Positions 20,096 to 29,033 of a DNA stretch of 57,563 nucleotides are shown one piece after another (position 1 is the stretch's first letter; the number at the start of each line of letters is the position of its first letter). The position numbers were made by a program, and so were the translations under genes. Below the pieces are notes generated by a model. That model was not told where the DNA came from. It saw only the letters and a program-made list of their open reading frames with translations, and ran no database searches. This DNA comes from an uncultured Planctomycetales bacterium (GTDB lineage: Bacteria > Omnitrophota > Gorgyraeia > Gygaellales > Profunditerraquicolaceae). Location: assembly GCA_964545575.1 (NCBI GenBank), contig CAZJFL010000002.1:1-57563 (forward strand), given 5' to 3'.

Positions 20096-20698
20096 TTGAG
20101 ATTTCTTACTAGTTTAGTAATCGTTTTTTATACCCTGATTTTTATTTTAATCGGAGCCGGTTTAATAGCCATTGCATTGAATCTTCTCCAACCCCAGGAT
20201 ATCACTCTACTCTTGACTTACGCACAGGCGAGCTTTAATTATAGAGTCGTATTCGCGCTTTGCGGGTTTCTCCTGATGCTGATCAGCGTATCTTTCGCGC
20301 AGCTTGTTTTGGGCCGCTTTCAGCGTGAAAAGACCATTGCCTTCAGTACCTCCTCGGGCCAGGTGACTATTGCCCTTTCTGCGGTGGAGGATTTGATCAA
20401 GCGGATTAGCAGCGTGATCCCCGAAATCAAAGAACTAAGGCCGGACGTAATAGCAACTAAGAAAGGCATCATCGTTGATCTGAAGCTGGTCTTAAAATCC
20501 GAGGCCAATATACCGGAATTAACCGCGCGGCTAGAGGAGATAGTCCGTGCCAAGATTCAGGAAGTTTTGGGAATCGAGGAGCAGATTCTGATCCGCATCC
20601 ATGTGGCAAAGATAGTCTCTGAGGAAAGAGAGAGAAAAAGAAAAGATTCAGGCAAGGAAGAACCCACGATACCATTTGGTGGGTACGGTAGAGTTTAA
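20096..20698 (+). CDS. Asp23/AmaP-like membrane-anchored alkaline shock family protein
   Basis: TTG start. Two N-terminal TM helices, then an Asp23-like segment (VTIALSAVEDLIKR...). The assignment is tentative. Confidence 0.5.
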   Translation: MRFLTSLVIVFYTLIFILIGAGLIAIALNLLQPQDITLLLTYAQASFNYRVVFALCGFLLMLISVSFAQLVLGRFQREKTIAFSTSSGQVTIALSAVEDLIKRISSVIPEIKELRPDVIATKKGIIVDLKLVLKSEANIPELTARLEEIVRAKIQEVLGIEEQILIRIHVAKIVSEERERKRKDSGKEEPTIPFGGYGRV

Positions 20699-20721
20699 GT
20701 GATTAAAGAAGGAGTGAGTTT

Positions 20722-21753
20722 ATGACAAGGATAGGCATACTTACTGGCGGAGGGGATTGCCCGGGATTAAATCCTGTAATCAGGGCAGCGGTGAGAAGGG
20801 CGATTAACGCAGGGTATGAAATCATCGGGATTAAAAACGGCTGGAAAGGCTTGATTGAAAACGATACCATGCCCCTGGACATAGAAACTGTTTCGGGGAT
20901 ATTGCCCAAAGGGGGCACGATCCTGGGTACCAGCCGGACTAACCCCTATAAAAAAGAAGGGGACGCTATCCGCCTAAAGGATAACTATAGGAAACTCGGC
21001 CTCGACGCATTAATTGCCGTCGGAGGAGAGGATACTTTAGGGGTAGCCGCCAAATTAATTAAAGACGGCATAGCGCATATAGTGGGGGTGCCTAAAACAA
21101 TCGATAACGATTTATCAGGCACGGATTACACCTTCGGATTTGATACTGCCTTAAATACGGCCACCGAATGCATCGATAGGCTGCATACCACTGCGGAAAG
21201 CCATCACCGCATCATGGTGGTAGAGGTAATGGGCAGGCATACCGGCTGGATCGCTGTCGAATCCGGCATTGCCGGAGGAGCGGACGTAATTTTAATCCCT
21301 GAGTTGCCTATTGATATCAAAGAAGTCACTAACATCATCAGAAAAAGGCACCAGCGGGGTAAGACATTCAGCATTGTAGTAGTGGCAGAAGGGGCGCAAT
21401 TCAAAGAAGGGACGATGGTCTTACAGGAAGCAAAGCTCGATGAGTTCGGGCATGTGCGCTTAGGAGGTATCGGCGAAAACCTGGGCAAGGAGATAGAAAA
21501 AATAACCGGGTATGAAACCAGGGTGAGCGTCCTGGGGCATCTGCAAAGAGGCGGCACACCCACCGCCTTTGACCGGATACTGGGTACGCGGTTCGGGGTA
21601 AAGGCAGTCGAGCTGATTGAGAAAAAGAAATTCGGTAGAATGGCGGCTTTAGTGGGCAATAAGATTGTAGACGTGCCGATAGAAAATGCGGTAAAGGAGT
21701 TAAAAACCGTAGATATGGAACTTTATGAAATCGCCAAAGTTTTCTTTGGTTAA
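20722..21753 (+). CDS. pfp: 6-phosphofructokinase, probably PPi-dependent
   Basis: GILTGGGDCPGLN, GGEDT (Asp rather than Gly) and PKTIDND (Lys) are residues associated with PPi specificity. Confidence 0.9.
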   Translation: MTRIGILTGGGDCPGLNPVIRAAVRRAINAGYEIIGIKNGWKGLIENDTMPLDIETVSGILPKGGTILGTSRTNPYKKEGDAIRLKDNYRKLGLDALIAVGGEDTLGVAAKLIKDGIAHIVGVPKTIDNDLSGTDYTFGFDTALNTATECIDRLHTTAESHHRIMVVEVMGRHTGWIAVESGIAGGADVILIPELPIDIKEVTNIIRKRHQRGKTFSIVVVAEGAQFKEGTMVLQEAKLDEFGHVRLGGIGENLGKEIEKITGYETRVSVLGHLQRGGTPTAFDRILGTRFGVKAVELIEKKKFGRMAALVGNKIVDVPIENAVKELKTVDMELYEIAKVFFG

Positions 21754-21771
21754 AAAATAAAGGATAGGGCC

Positions 21772-22338
21772 ATGAGAGATAAAATTAAAGATATATTCCT
21801 GGAAAGTATCCACGTAAAAGAAGAATTGCTGCGCAATAATATCGGACAGATTATCGCGATAGCCGATATGGCGATAGACTCGCTTAAAAAAGGCGGCAAG
21901 GTCATTGTTTTCGGTAACGGCGGCTCAGCCAGCGATAGCCAGCATATTGCGGCAGAGTTAGTGGGTAGGTTTAAAAAGGACAGGACCGCCCTGGCGGCAA
22001 TCGCACTTACCACCAATACTTCTGTTTTGACGTCCCTGGCGAATGATTATGGTTATGAGGTGGTTTTTGCCAAACAGATCGAAGCCTTAGGCAGCAAGAA
22101 CGACATTGCCATAGGGATCTCTACCAGCGGCAAGGCAAAAAACGTGATCCAGGGCGTAAGACAGGCCGCCAAAATGGGATTAAAAACCGTCATCCTTACC
22201 GGCGGAGACGGAGGGGAGTTGGCAAAAGCTGCGGATATAGCTTTAATCGTGCCTTCTTCAGTCACTGCCAGGATTCAGGAAGCGCACATCACCATCGGCC
22301 ACATCATTTGCGAAATGATAGAAGAAGCCTTATGCTAG
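21772..22338 (+). CDS. gmhA: D-sedoheptulose-7-phosphate isomerase (SIS domain)
   Basis: GNGGSASDSQHIAAEL and ISTSGKAKNV motifs. Confidence 0.9.
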   Translation: MRDKIKDIFLESIHVKEELLRNNIGQIIAIADMAIDSLKKGGKVIVFGNGGSASDSQHIAAELVGRFKKDRTALAAIALTTNTSVLTSLANDYGYEVVFAKQIEALGSKNDIAIGISTSGKAKNVIQGVRQAAKMGLKTVILTGGDGGELAKAADIALIVPSSVTARIQEAHITIGHIICEMIEEALC

Positions 22339-22811
22339 AATCAAAGATAAAGAGTTTAAAAGAAATCGAAACTATCTCCCGTAGGCTGCGTGCTCAAGGC
22401 AAGCGCATCGTCTTTACCAACGGCTGCTTTGACCTTATCCATTACGGGCACGTCAAATACCTCCAGGATGCCAAGAGAAAAGGCGATATCCTGGTGGTGG
22501 GGGTTAATTCCGATAGTTCGGTAAGGCATATTAAAGGCAGGAACAGGCCGATCGTCAGCGAAAAATACAGGATCAGGGTAATTGCGGGCCTGGAAAGCGT
22601 AGATTATACGTTTTTATTTAACCAAGATACTCCTTTGGCAGCGATCAAATCAGTTAAGCCGGATATACTGGTCAAGGGCGCGGACTGGAAAAAAAGCGAT
22701 ATCGTCGGCGCATCCTTTATGATCCGGCGCGGCGGCAGAGTAGATAATGCGAGATTAATAAAGAACCAATCCACAACGGGCTTGATTAGAAAAATTGCCA
22801 AGACATTTTAG
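22332..22811 (+). CDS. D-glycero-beta-D-manno-heptose 1-phosphate adenylyltransferase (RfaE domain II)
   Basis: Cytidylyltransferase fold with FTNGCFDLIHYGHVKYL. I chose the start at MLESK, overlapping the gmhA stop. Confidence 0.85.
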   Translation: MLESKIKSLKEIETISRRLRAQGKRIVFTNGCFDLIHYGHVKYLQDAKRKGDILVVGVNSDSSVRHIKGRNRPIVSEKYRIRVIAGLESVDYTFLFNQDTPLAAIKSVKPDILVKGADWKKSDIVGASFMIRRGGRVDNARLIKNQSTTGLIRKIAKTF

Positions 22812-23238
22812 GGCAAAAACCGTCAACAGGATTATAGATGCCAATATTAATCGGGCAAAAGAAGGTTTGCGCGTCTGCGAAGAAATAACCCGTTTTATCC
22901 TGGAAAGCCACAGTCTCACCGCCGAACTAAAAGGGGTAAGGCATAAAATAGATACCTTGTTAAAGGCGCTACCCGCAAGCAGATACCTGGTTCGCGAGCG
23001 TTCCAGCTTAAGCGATGTGGGCAGGGATATCTATGCCGGGGAACTAAAAAGAAAGAGTTGCCGGGATATTTTTTTTGCCAATATACAGCGCGTTAAAGAA
23101 TCGATCAGGGTTTTGGAAGAGTTTACTAAACTTACAAACATAAGGACGGCAGTCGCTTTTAAGAGGCTAAGGTACACTCTTTATGAAATAGAAAAGAAGA
23201 TTATTGGCAGGCTTTCGTCTTCATCTTGCCGTCGCTAG
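22795..23238 (+). CDS. ThiD2-like / thiamine-phosphate-synthase-associated N-terminal domain protein
   Basis: RIIDANINRAKEGLRVCEEITRF...IQRVKESIRVLEEF resembles the domain often fused N-terminally to ThiE. TTG start. Located just before thiC. Confidence 0.5.
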   Translation: MPRHFRAKTVNRIIDANINRAKEGLRVCEEITRFILESHSLTAELKGVRHKIDTLLKALPASRYLVRERSSLSDVGRDIYAGELKRKSCRDIFFANIQRVKESIRVLEEFTKLTNIRTAVAFKRLRYTLYEIEKKIIGRLSSSSCRR

Positions 23239-23252
23239 CCCTTTAGGATCTT

Positions 23253-24536
23253 ATGACCCAGTTAGAATACTCTAGGAGTAATATTGTCACACCTCTAGTG
23301 AAGAGGGTTGCTGTTTTAGAAGGTGCGAGCCCCCGCCTGATTTTGGCGCGCATAAAGTCAGGAAAAATCGTCATCCCCCGCAATAAAAATCACAAAATAG
23401 CTAAACCCTGCGCTATCGGTTACGGTCTGCGTACTAAAGTCAACGCTAATATCGGCACCTCTACAGATAAATCGGGGCGGAACTACGAATTAAGAAAACT
23501 GGACGCAGTAGTAAAAGCCGGCGCGGATACGGTGATGGATTTAAGCGTTGGCGGGGATCTTGCCGGGATAAGAAGGGAAATATTAAAAAAATCTCCGATA
23601 CCGGTGGGGACGGTGCCGATTTATGAAATATCCGTTAACGCCAAGAGAGATAAAGGCGACCTCTTAAATTTCGGTATCACCGATATACTGGATAGCTTAG
23701 AACGGCAGGCAGAAGAGGGGGTAGATTTTTTTACCATTCATGCCGGCGTGACGCAAAAAAGCTTAAGGGCCTTAAAGGCGTCGGGAAGAATCCTTGGTAT
23801 CGTCTCGCGGGGCGGTGCTATCTTAGCCCGCTGGATGAGCTGTTACAAAGAAGAAAACCCATTTTACTCCTGCTTTGAAGATATTTTAGATATCGCCTAT
23901 AAATACGATGTCACCTTAAGCTTGGGCGACGGTTTAAGGCCGGGTTCGATCCTGGACGCTACTGACCGGGCCCAGATAGCCGAACTTAAAATATTGGGTG
24001 AATTAGCTCAACGGGCCAGAAGAAGAAATGTTCAGGTGATGATTGAAGGGCCGGGGCATGTGCCGCTGGGCGAGATACAGAAAAATATTATCTTGGAAAA
24101 AAAACTTTGCGCTGGCGCTCCGTTTTATGTTTTAGGGCCGCTGGTGACGGATATCGCTACCGGCTATGACCACATTAACGCTTCTATCGGCGGGGCAATA
24201 GCGGCAAGCTGTGGTGCTGATTTTTTATGTTACGTCACCGCCTCGGAACATCTCAGGCACCCGTCTATAGAAGATGCAACCGAGGGGGTAATTGCCTCCA
24301 GGATTGCTGCCCACGCCGCAGATATCGCAAAAAAAGTAAAATCCGCAATAGAGCAGGATAAAAAAATGTCGCAGGCGCGCCGCAGGCGCGATTGGAAGAA
24401 ACAAATCCAGCTGTCCATAGATCCGGATAAGGCGCGTCGCTACCGGCTTTCTTCAAAGCCAGAGCTGTCGGATACCTGCACTATGTGCGGCGAGTATTGT
24501 TCCATAAAAATGGCAGATGAATGTTTGCGGGCGTAG
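23253..24536 (+). CDS. thiC: phosphomethylpyrimidine synthase
   Basis: Radical-SAM ThiC hallmarks (IEGPGHVP, TDIATGYDHI, C-terminal CTMCGEYCS cluster). Confidence 0.95.
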   Translation: MTQLEYSRSNIVTPLVKRVAVLEGASPRLILARIKSGKIVIPRNKNHKIAKPCAIGYGLRTKVNANIGTSTDKSGRNYELRKLDAVVKAGADTVMDLSVGGDLAGIRREILKKSPIPVGTVPIYEISVNAKRDKGDLLNFGITDILDSLERQAEEGVDFFTIHAGVTQKSLRALKASGRILGIVSRGGAILARWMSCYKEENPFYSCFEDILDIAYKYDVTLSLGDGLRPGSILDATDRAQIAELKILGELAQRARRRNVQVMIEGPGHVPLGEIQKNIILEKKLCAGAPFYVLGPLVTDIATGYDHINASIGGAIAASCGADFLCYVTASEHLRHPSIEDATEGVIASRIAAHAADIAKKVKSAIEQDKKMSQARRRRDWKKQIQLSIDPDKARRYRLSSKPELSDTCTMCGEYCSIKMADECLRA

Positions 24537-24597
24537 TTCATCGGTAGAACACCAGCTTCCCAAGCTGGATAGGTGGGTTCAATTCCCATCGCCCGCT
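24527..24597 (+). tRNA. tRNA-Gly (anticodon CCC)
   Basis: Hand fold: acceptor GCGGGCG/CGCCCGC, D arm GTTC-ATCGGTA-GAAC, anticodon arm CCAGC-TTCCCAA-GCTGG, T arm GTGGG-TTCAATT-CCCAT, discriminator T. 71 nt with no encoded CCA. Confidence 0.9.
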
Positions 24598-24646
24598 TTT
24601 AAATAATCAAAGTTCCTGCCTGGCCGGCAGGCAGGCAAAATGAAAA

Positions 24647-25336
24647 ATGCGAAATCATAATTCAAAATTAAAAATTTTTAATTTTAAGCCGTGGTTTTAC
24701 ATTTTACCTTTTACCTTTTATATTTTGTCTTTTATAGGATGCGCCACTGCTCCTTATATCGCGCCTACGGTAACGCCGGCTGTACCGGGGATTTATCACC
24801 GCGTAGAAAAAGGAGAGACCCTTTGGCAAATTTCCAAAATCTACGATGTTAGCCTTAGAGAACTGGCCAGGGTTAATCATATATCCGATGCCACTAACAT
24901 AGAGATAGGCCAGCTTATTTTTATACCTCATCGCCGCAAAGTAGAGCCGCCCCTGCGGGGGTCCTACGGCGAAGATTTTATCTGGCCGGTGAGAGGAAAA
25001 GTTATCGCTACTTTTGGCCACGCCTATAATGATATGCTAAATAAAGGGATAAATATAGCGACCTCCGGCGATGCCAGCATAGTTGCGGCGCGTAGCGGAA
25101 GGGTTGTTTTTTATAGCCCTGCCCTTAAAGGATTCGGCAGGACTATCATCATCGACCACGGTGATGGATTCTCTACCGTTTATGCCGGTATATCCGAAGC
25201 GCAGGTGAAAGCAGACGATAGAGTAGAGAAGGGGGGAGCCATCGCCAAAATGGGGACAGCGATGCAAAACAGCTGTTTGCATTTTGAGATCAGAAAAGGC
25301 TATACCCCGGAAAACCCTTATTTTTATTTACCATGA
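24647..25336 (+). CDS. LysM + M23 peptidase lipoprotein (NlpD/EnvC-like)
   Basis: Lipobox-like SFIGC, LysM (YHRVEKGETLWQISKIY), and M23 motifs (IIIDHGDGFSTVY, LHFEIR). Confidence 0.88.
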   Translation: MRNHNSKLKIFNFKPWFYILPFTFYILSFIGCATAPYIAPTVTPAVPGIYHRVEKGETLWQISKIYDVSLRELARVNHISDATNIEIGQLIFIPHRRKVEPPLRGSYGEDFIWPVRGKVIATFGHAYNDMLNKGINIATSGDASIVAARSGRVVFYSPALKGFGRTIIIDHGDGFSTVYAGISEAQVKADDRVEKGGAIAKMGTAMQNSCLHFEIRKGYTPENPYFYLP

Positions 25337-26928
25337 GCTTAAAAGAAGATTTTTTTGACCGTAAATATTATCTGGGCATCTTAGAAAAACGTATCCGCGA
25401 CCTCAAAGATGGCTACCGCCAGAATATTGCCATGATCGGGGACGAGCTCGTCGGTAAAACCGCGATCATCTTTAAATTCCTCAATAAATATTACGATAAC
25501 CGGACCCTGGTATTATATTTAGAAACCAGGCCCGAAACACTGGCTTCTTTTGCCGAGAGGTTTATCGGGGTATTACTCTACAATTTCCTGCTTAATAGCG
25601 GCCTCCCCTTAAAAGAAGAGCTTAATTTCCTGCTTAAAAAATCCGCCAGGTATATCCCCAAGACAGCCGAGAAGATCAGGTTTATCCTGACGGCCTTAGA
25701 GGGAAGGAAGAGAAACGACGTCTTTACCGAATTACTCTCACTATGCGAAATACTGCATGAAGAAACCGGTAAATACTGCGTAGTTATCTTTGACGAATTC
25801 CAGAACCTGGAGGCTATGGAGGTAAAAAATATATATTCCGAATGGGCCAAACTCTTGGTTTTGCAGAAGAGCACGATGTATATTATCATCAGCTCCGCTA
25901 GCTTTAGGGCAAAGCAGGTGCTTTCTAAGAATCTTTCTTTGCTCTTCGGTAACTTTGAAGTAGTGACGGTTGAGCCTTTCGATACCAAGGTTAGCGAGGA
26001 ATACCTGGAGCATAAGCTGGAAGCCATCCAGCTGAATGTCGGGTATAAGAACTTTATTGTTAATTTTACCGGCGGCTACCCGTTTTATCTAGAATTAATA
26101 TCCGAAGCCCTGTTAAGATCGCCGCAAACTAATTTAGCCGATACGCTGGAAAACCTGATCTTTGAGCCAGCGGGAATATTGAACCAAAGGTTTTCTAATT
26201 ATATTAAGCGCTTTTCAAGCATAACCCACAGCCAGGATTATATAACCATACTTTACCTGATTGCCAGCGGCCATAATAAGATAAAAGATATCGCGCATCT
26301 CCTGCGTAAGCCCAGAAAAGAGCTTAACTTTAGGATCGCGCATCTGGTGGAATGCGAAGCCATCTGCCGTAGCGGTGAGTTCTTAAAGATTAATGACCGG
26401 GTATTCAGTTTCTGGCTGAGGTTCGTTTATCAGGAGAAGCTGCGCGCCCTGACTTTTGATGCTAAAAACCAGAAGGACCTTTTTCGTGGTAAAATAGAAG
26501 TGATGATCCAGGAATTTCTCCTGCAGATGCAGAGGCCGGTGATAGAGAGGGTTTCCGAATTGTTCCGCCTTTTTGAGGACGAGACTGTGCAGATAGAAAG
26601 GAAAAAAATCAAACTGAACAGTTTCCGGGAGATAAAACCGGTTGAGTTCGGCGGCAGGCATTTGCGGGACGGCCTGATCGGCCGCTCGCGCGACAACCTT
26701 TGGATAATGGCCTTAAATTATGAGCCGCTCACCGAAAAAGACGTCATAGATTTTTCTAAAGAATGCAAAAAATACCGCAGCAGGCAGCAGCGCAGGATCA
26801 TTCTGGCATTTAAGGACGTAGATAGCAATGCCCACTTAAGGGCACTGGAAGAAAAAATCATCACCTGGGATTTAAATAACCTGAATCAGATACTGGACTT
26901 ATTTTCTAAGCCGAGAGTCATACTATGA
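25333..26928 (+). CDS. ATP-binding protein, archaeal-ATPase/DUF234-like with C-terminal uncharacterised domain
   Basis: Walker A GDELVGKT, Walker B VVIFDEFQ, a central winged-helix-like segment, and a roughly 130-aa C-terminal domain of unknown function. Confidence 0.7.
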   Translation: MSLKEDFFDRKYYLGILEKRIRDLKDGYRQNIAMIGDELVGKTAIIFKFLNKYYDNRTLVLYLETRPETLASFAERFIGVLLYNFLLNSGLPLKEELNFLLKKSARYIPKTAEKIRFILTALEGRKRNDVFTELLSLCEILHEETGKYCVVIFDEFQNLEAMEVKNIYSEWAKLLVLQKSTMYIIISSASFRAKQVLSKNLSLLFGNFEVVTVEPFDTKVSEEYLEHKLEAIQLNVGYKNFIVNFTGGYPFYLELISEALLRSPQTNLADTLENLIFEPAGILNQRFSNYIKRFSSITHSQDYITILYLIASGHNKIKDIAHLLRKPRKELNFRIAHLVECEAICRSGEFLKINDRVFSFWLRFVYQEKLRALTFDAKNQKDLFRGKIEVMIQEFLLQMQRPVIERVSELFRLFEDETVQIERKKIKLNSFREIKPVEFGGRHLRDGLIGRSRDNLWIMALNYEPLTEKDVIDFSKECKKYRSRQQRRIILAFKDVDSNAHLRALEEKIITWDLNNLNQILDLFSKPRVIL

Positions 26929-27413
26929 GGATAGGGGTACTTTCAGATACGCATATTCCTGACCGGGCCCCAGCTATACCGGCAAAGGTGCTGGAAGATT
27001 TTAAGCACGTAGATATGATTATTCATGCCGGAGACCTGGTGGACTTGGGGGTCTTAGAACAGTTAAAAAGCATCTGCGCCGATACCCGGGCAGTCTGGGG
27101 GAATATGGATCCCTATGAAGTGAGAAAACAGCTGCCGGAAAAAGAGGTGATTACAGTCGGAAATCATAAGATCGGGTTGATCCACGGTTATGGAGCGTCG
27201 GCAAAATTAATGGAATTGGCGGCGGGTATTTTTAAAAATGACCGGGTAGATATTATCGTCTTCGGCCACGCGCACTGTCCGGTCAACGAGAAAAAAGAGG
27301 GGATCCTGTATTTTAACCCCGGCAGCCCGACGGACAAAATATATTGCCCGTATACTTCTTACGGAATAATAGAAATTAACGATAAAGTAGAAGCTAAAAT
27401 CATTAAGATATAA
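26925..27413 (+). CDS. YfcE/MJ0936-family metallophosphoesterase
   Basis: LSDTH, HAGD, GNMD, GHAH motifs. Confidence 0.88.
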   Translation: MRIGVLSDTHIPDRAPAIPAKVLEDFKHVDMIIHAGDLVDLGVLEQLKSICADTRAVWGNMDPYEVRKQLPEKEVITVGNHKIGLIHGYGASAKLMELAAGIFKNDRVDIIVFGHAHCPVNEKKEGILYFNPGSPTDKIYCPYTSYGIIEINDKVEAKIIKI

Positions 27414-27420
27414 GTTTGCC

Positions 27421-27885
27421 ATGGATAAGCTCTGGGCCCCCTGGAGAATAAAGTATGTACAGTCTAAGAAGCGAAAGGGGTGTATTTTCTGCGCCGCCCT
27501 TAAATCACCGGATGAGAGTTTCCTGATTTTTAAAAATACGCATGCCTTCTCTATGCTCAATACCTTTCCGTACAATAACGGCCATGTGCTGGTTTCGCCG
27601 AAGAGGCACCTAAAAAATATAGGGCAGCTAAAAAAGGATGAGGTTTTAGATTTGTTCAAGATGCTGGACCTTACTACCAGGGCTTTAGAGCGGGCATTAA
27701 GGCCCGACGGTTATAACATCGGCATAAACGTATCGCGTGTTGCCGGCGCCGGAGTAACCGGCCACCTGCATATCCATATTGTGCCGCGCTGGCAGGGCGA
27801 TACTAATTTTATGCCGGTAATCTACAATACCAAGGTGGTTCCCGAGTCATTAAAAGAACTGTATAGAAGGCTAAAAAAATGTTGA
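27421..27885 (+). CDS. HIT family protein (Ap4A phosphorylase/hydrolase-like)
   Basis: LWAPWR N-terminus and the histidine triad HLHIHIVPR. Confidence 0.88.
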   Translation: MDKLWAPWRIKYVQSKKRKGCIFCAALKSPDESFLIFKNTHAFSMLNTFPYNNGHVLVSPKRHLKNIGQLKKDEVLDLFKMLDLTTRALERALRPDGYNIGINVSRVAGAGVTGHLHIHIVPRWQGDTNFMPVIYNTKVVPESLKELYRRLKKC

Positions 27886-29033
27886 CCCAGGAAGGGATCA
27901 GGGATTTCGAAGATAATTTCCTTGCGCCTTACGCCATGAAAAGTTATAATACCAGGGGTAGGGTGTATAAAGAGAATGAGCATCCTTACAGGTCAGCATA
28001 CCAGCGAGACCGCGACCGGGTAATACATTCTGCTGCCTTCAGGAGATTAGAATATAAAACACAGGTCTTTGTCAATCACGAAGGGGATTATTACCGCACC
28101 AGGCTCACACACACGATAGAAGTGGCCCAGATCGCCAGGACCATCGGCGCGGCGCTACGGTTAAATACCGACCTCATCGAAGCAGTGGCTTTGGCGCATG
28201 ATTTAGGCCATACGCCGTTCGGGCATTCCGGAGAAGACGCGCTCAATGAGCTGATGCTTAAGTTCGGCGGCTTCAATCATAACCTGCAGGGCTTAAGGGT
28301 GGTAGATGTCCTGGAAGAAAGATATCCGGATTTCCCCGGCTTAAACTTGACCTGGGAGGTAAGAGAGGGTATTGTCAAACATTCTTCCGCCTTTGATAAG
28401 TCGGCAAAGATTAAAGAGTTAGCACCCGCTGAGCAGCCGACACTGGAGACGCAGTTAGTCGATGTCGCCGACGAAATAGCTTACGATAACCACGACTTAG
28501 ACGATGGGCTTACTTCCGGGCTGCTTAAGGAAAGCGACCTGGAAAAACTGGATATCTGGAACGAGATATTAAAGAGAATCTCCAAAAAGTATGCTAAAAT
28601 AGACCCGGAAAAGAAAAAACACCTGATCATCCGGTCGCTGATCGATATCCAGGTCACGGATTTGATCCGGGAAACCGAGAACAAAATAAAGAAACTAAAG
28701 TTACGGTCCCATACTGATGCCAAAAAACTGGATAAAAAGATAGTCTCTTTTAGTAGCCAGATGCAAGAGGCAAGAAAGCCGTTACGCTCGCTGCTCTTGA
28801 ATAACCTTTACCATCATTACCGCGTAACGCGCATGAGCAATAAGGCCAAGCTTTTTATAGAAAGGCTCTTTCACAGTTATATGCATAACCCCGACGCGCT
28901 TCCTACAAAAATACAGAAGAGGATCACCCTTGACGGTACGCGGCGCGTAGTCTGCGACTATATCGCAGGCATGACAGACAGGTATGCCTTAGATGAATAC
29001 AAAAAACTATTTGACCCATACGAAAAAGTATAA
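27879..29033 (+). CDS. dGTPase-like deoxyguanosinetriphosphate triphosphohydrolase (HD domain)
   Basis: RDRDRVIHSAAFRRL, TRLTHTIEV, AHDLGHTPFGH, YIAGMTDRYA. Confidence 0.9.
   Translation: MLTQEGIRDFEDNFLAPYAMKSYNTRGRVYKENEHPYRSAYQRDRDRVIHSAAFRRLEYKTQVFVNHEGDYYRTRLTHTIEVAQIARTIGAALRLNTDLIEAVALAHDLGHTPFGHSGEDALNELMLKFGGFNHNLQGLRVVDVLEERYPDFPGLNLTWEVREGIVKHSSAFDKSAKIKELAPAEQPTLETQLVDVADEIAYDNHDLDDGLTSGLLKESDLEKLDIWNEILKRISKKYAKIDPEKKKHLIIRSLIDIQVTDLIRETENKIKKLKLRSHTDAKKLDKKIVSFSSQMQEARKPLRSLLLNNLYHHYRVTRMSNKAKLFIERLFHSYMHNPDALPTKIQKRITLDGTRRVVCDYIAGMTDRYALDEYKKLFDPYEKV

Noticed and set aside
22700-23252. Looked for a TPP riboswitch upstream of thiC.
   Set aside because: The genes are overlapping or separated by only 14 nt, and I did not find the conserved CTGAGA...ACCTGATCTGGATAATGCCAGCG-type core. 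thiC appears to be transcribed within the gmhA-rfaE-thiD2 string.
24615-24635. The CCTGCCTG-GCCGG-CAGGCAGG hairpin after tRNA-Gly, considered as a terminator.
   Set aside because: It is an 8-bp stem with no following U-tract on either strand. It may still act as a processing or stability element, but the evidence is insufficient to call it.
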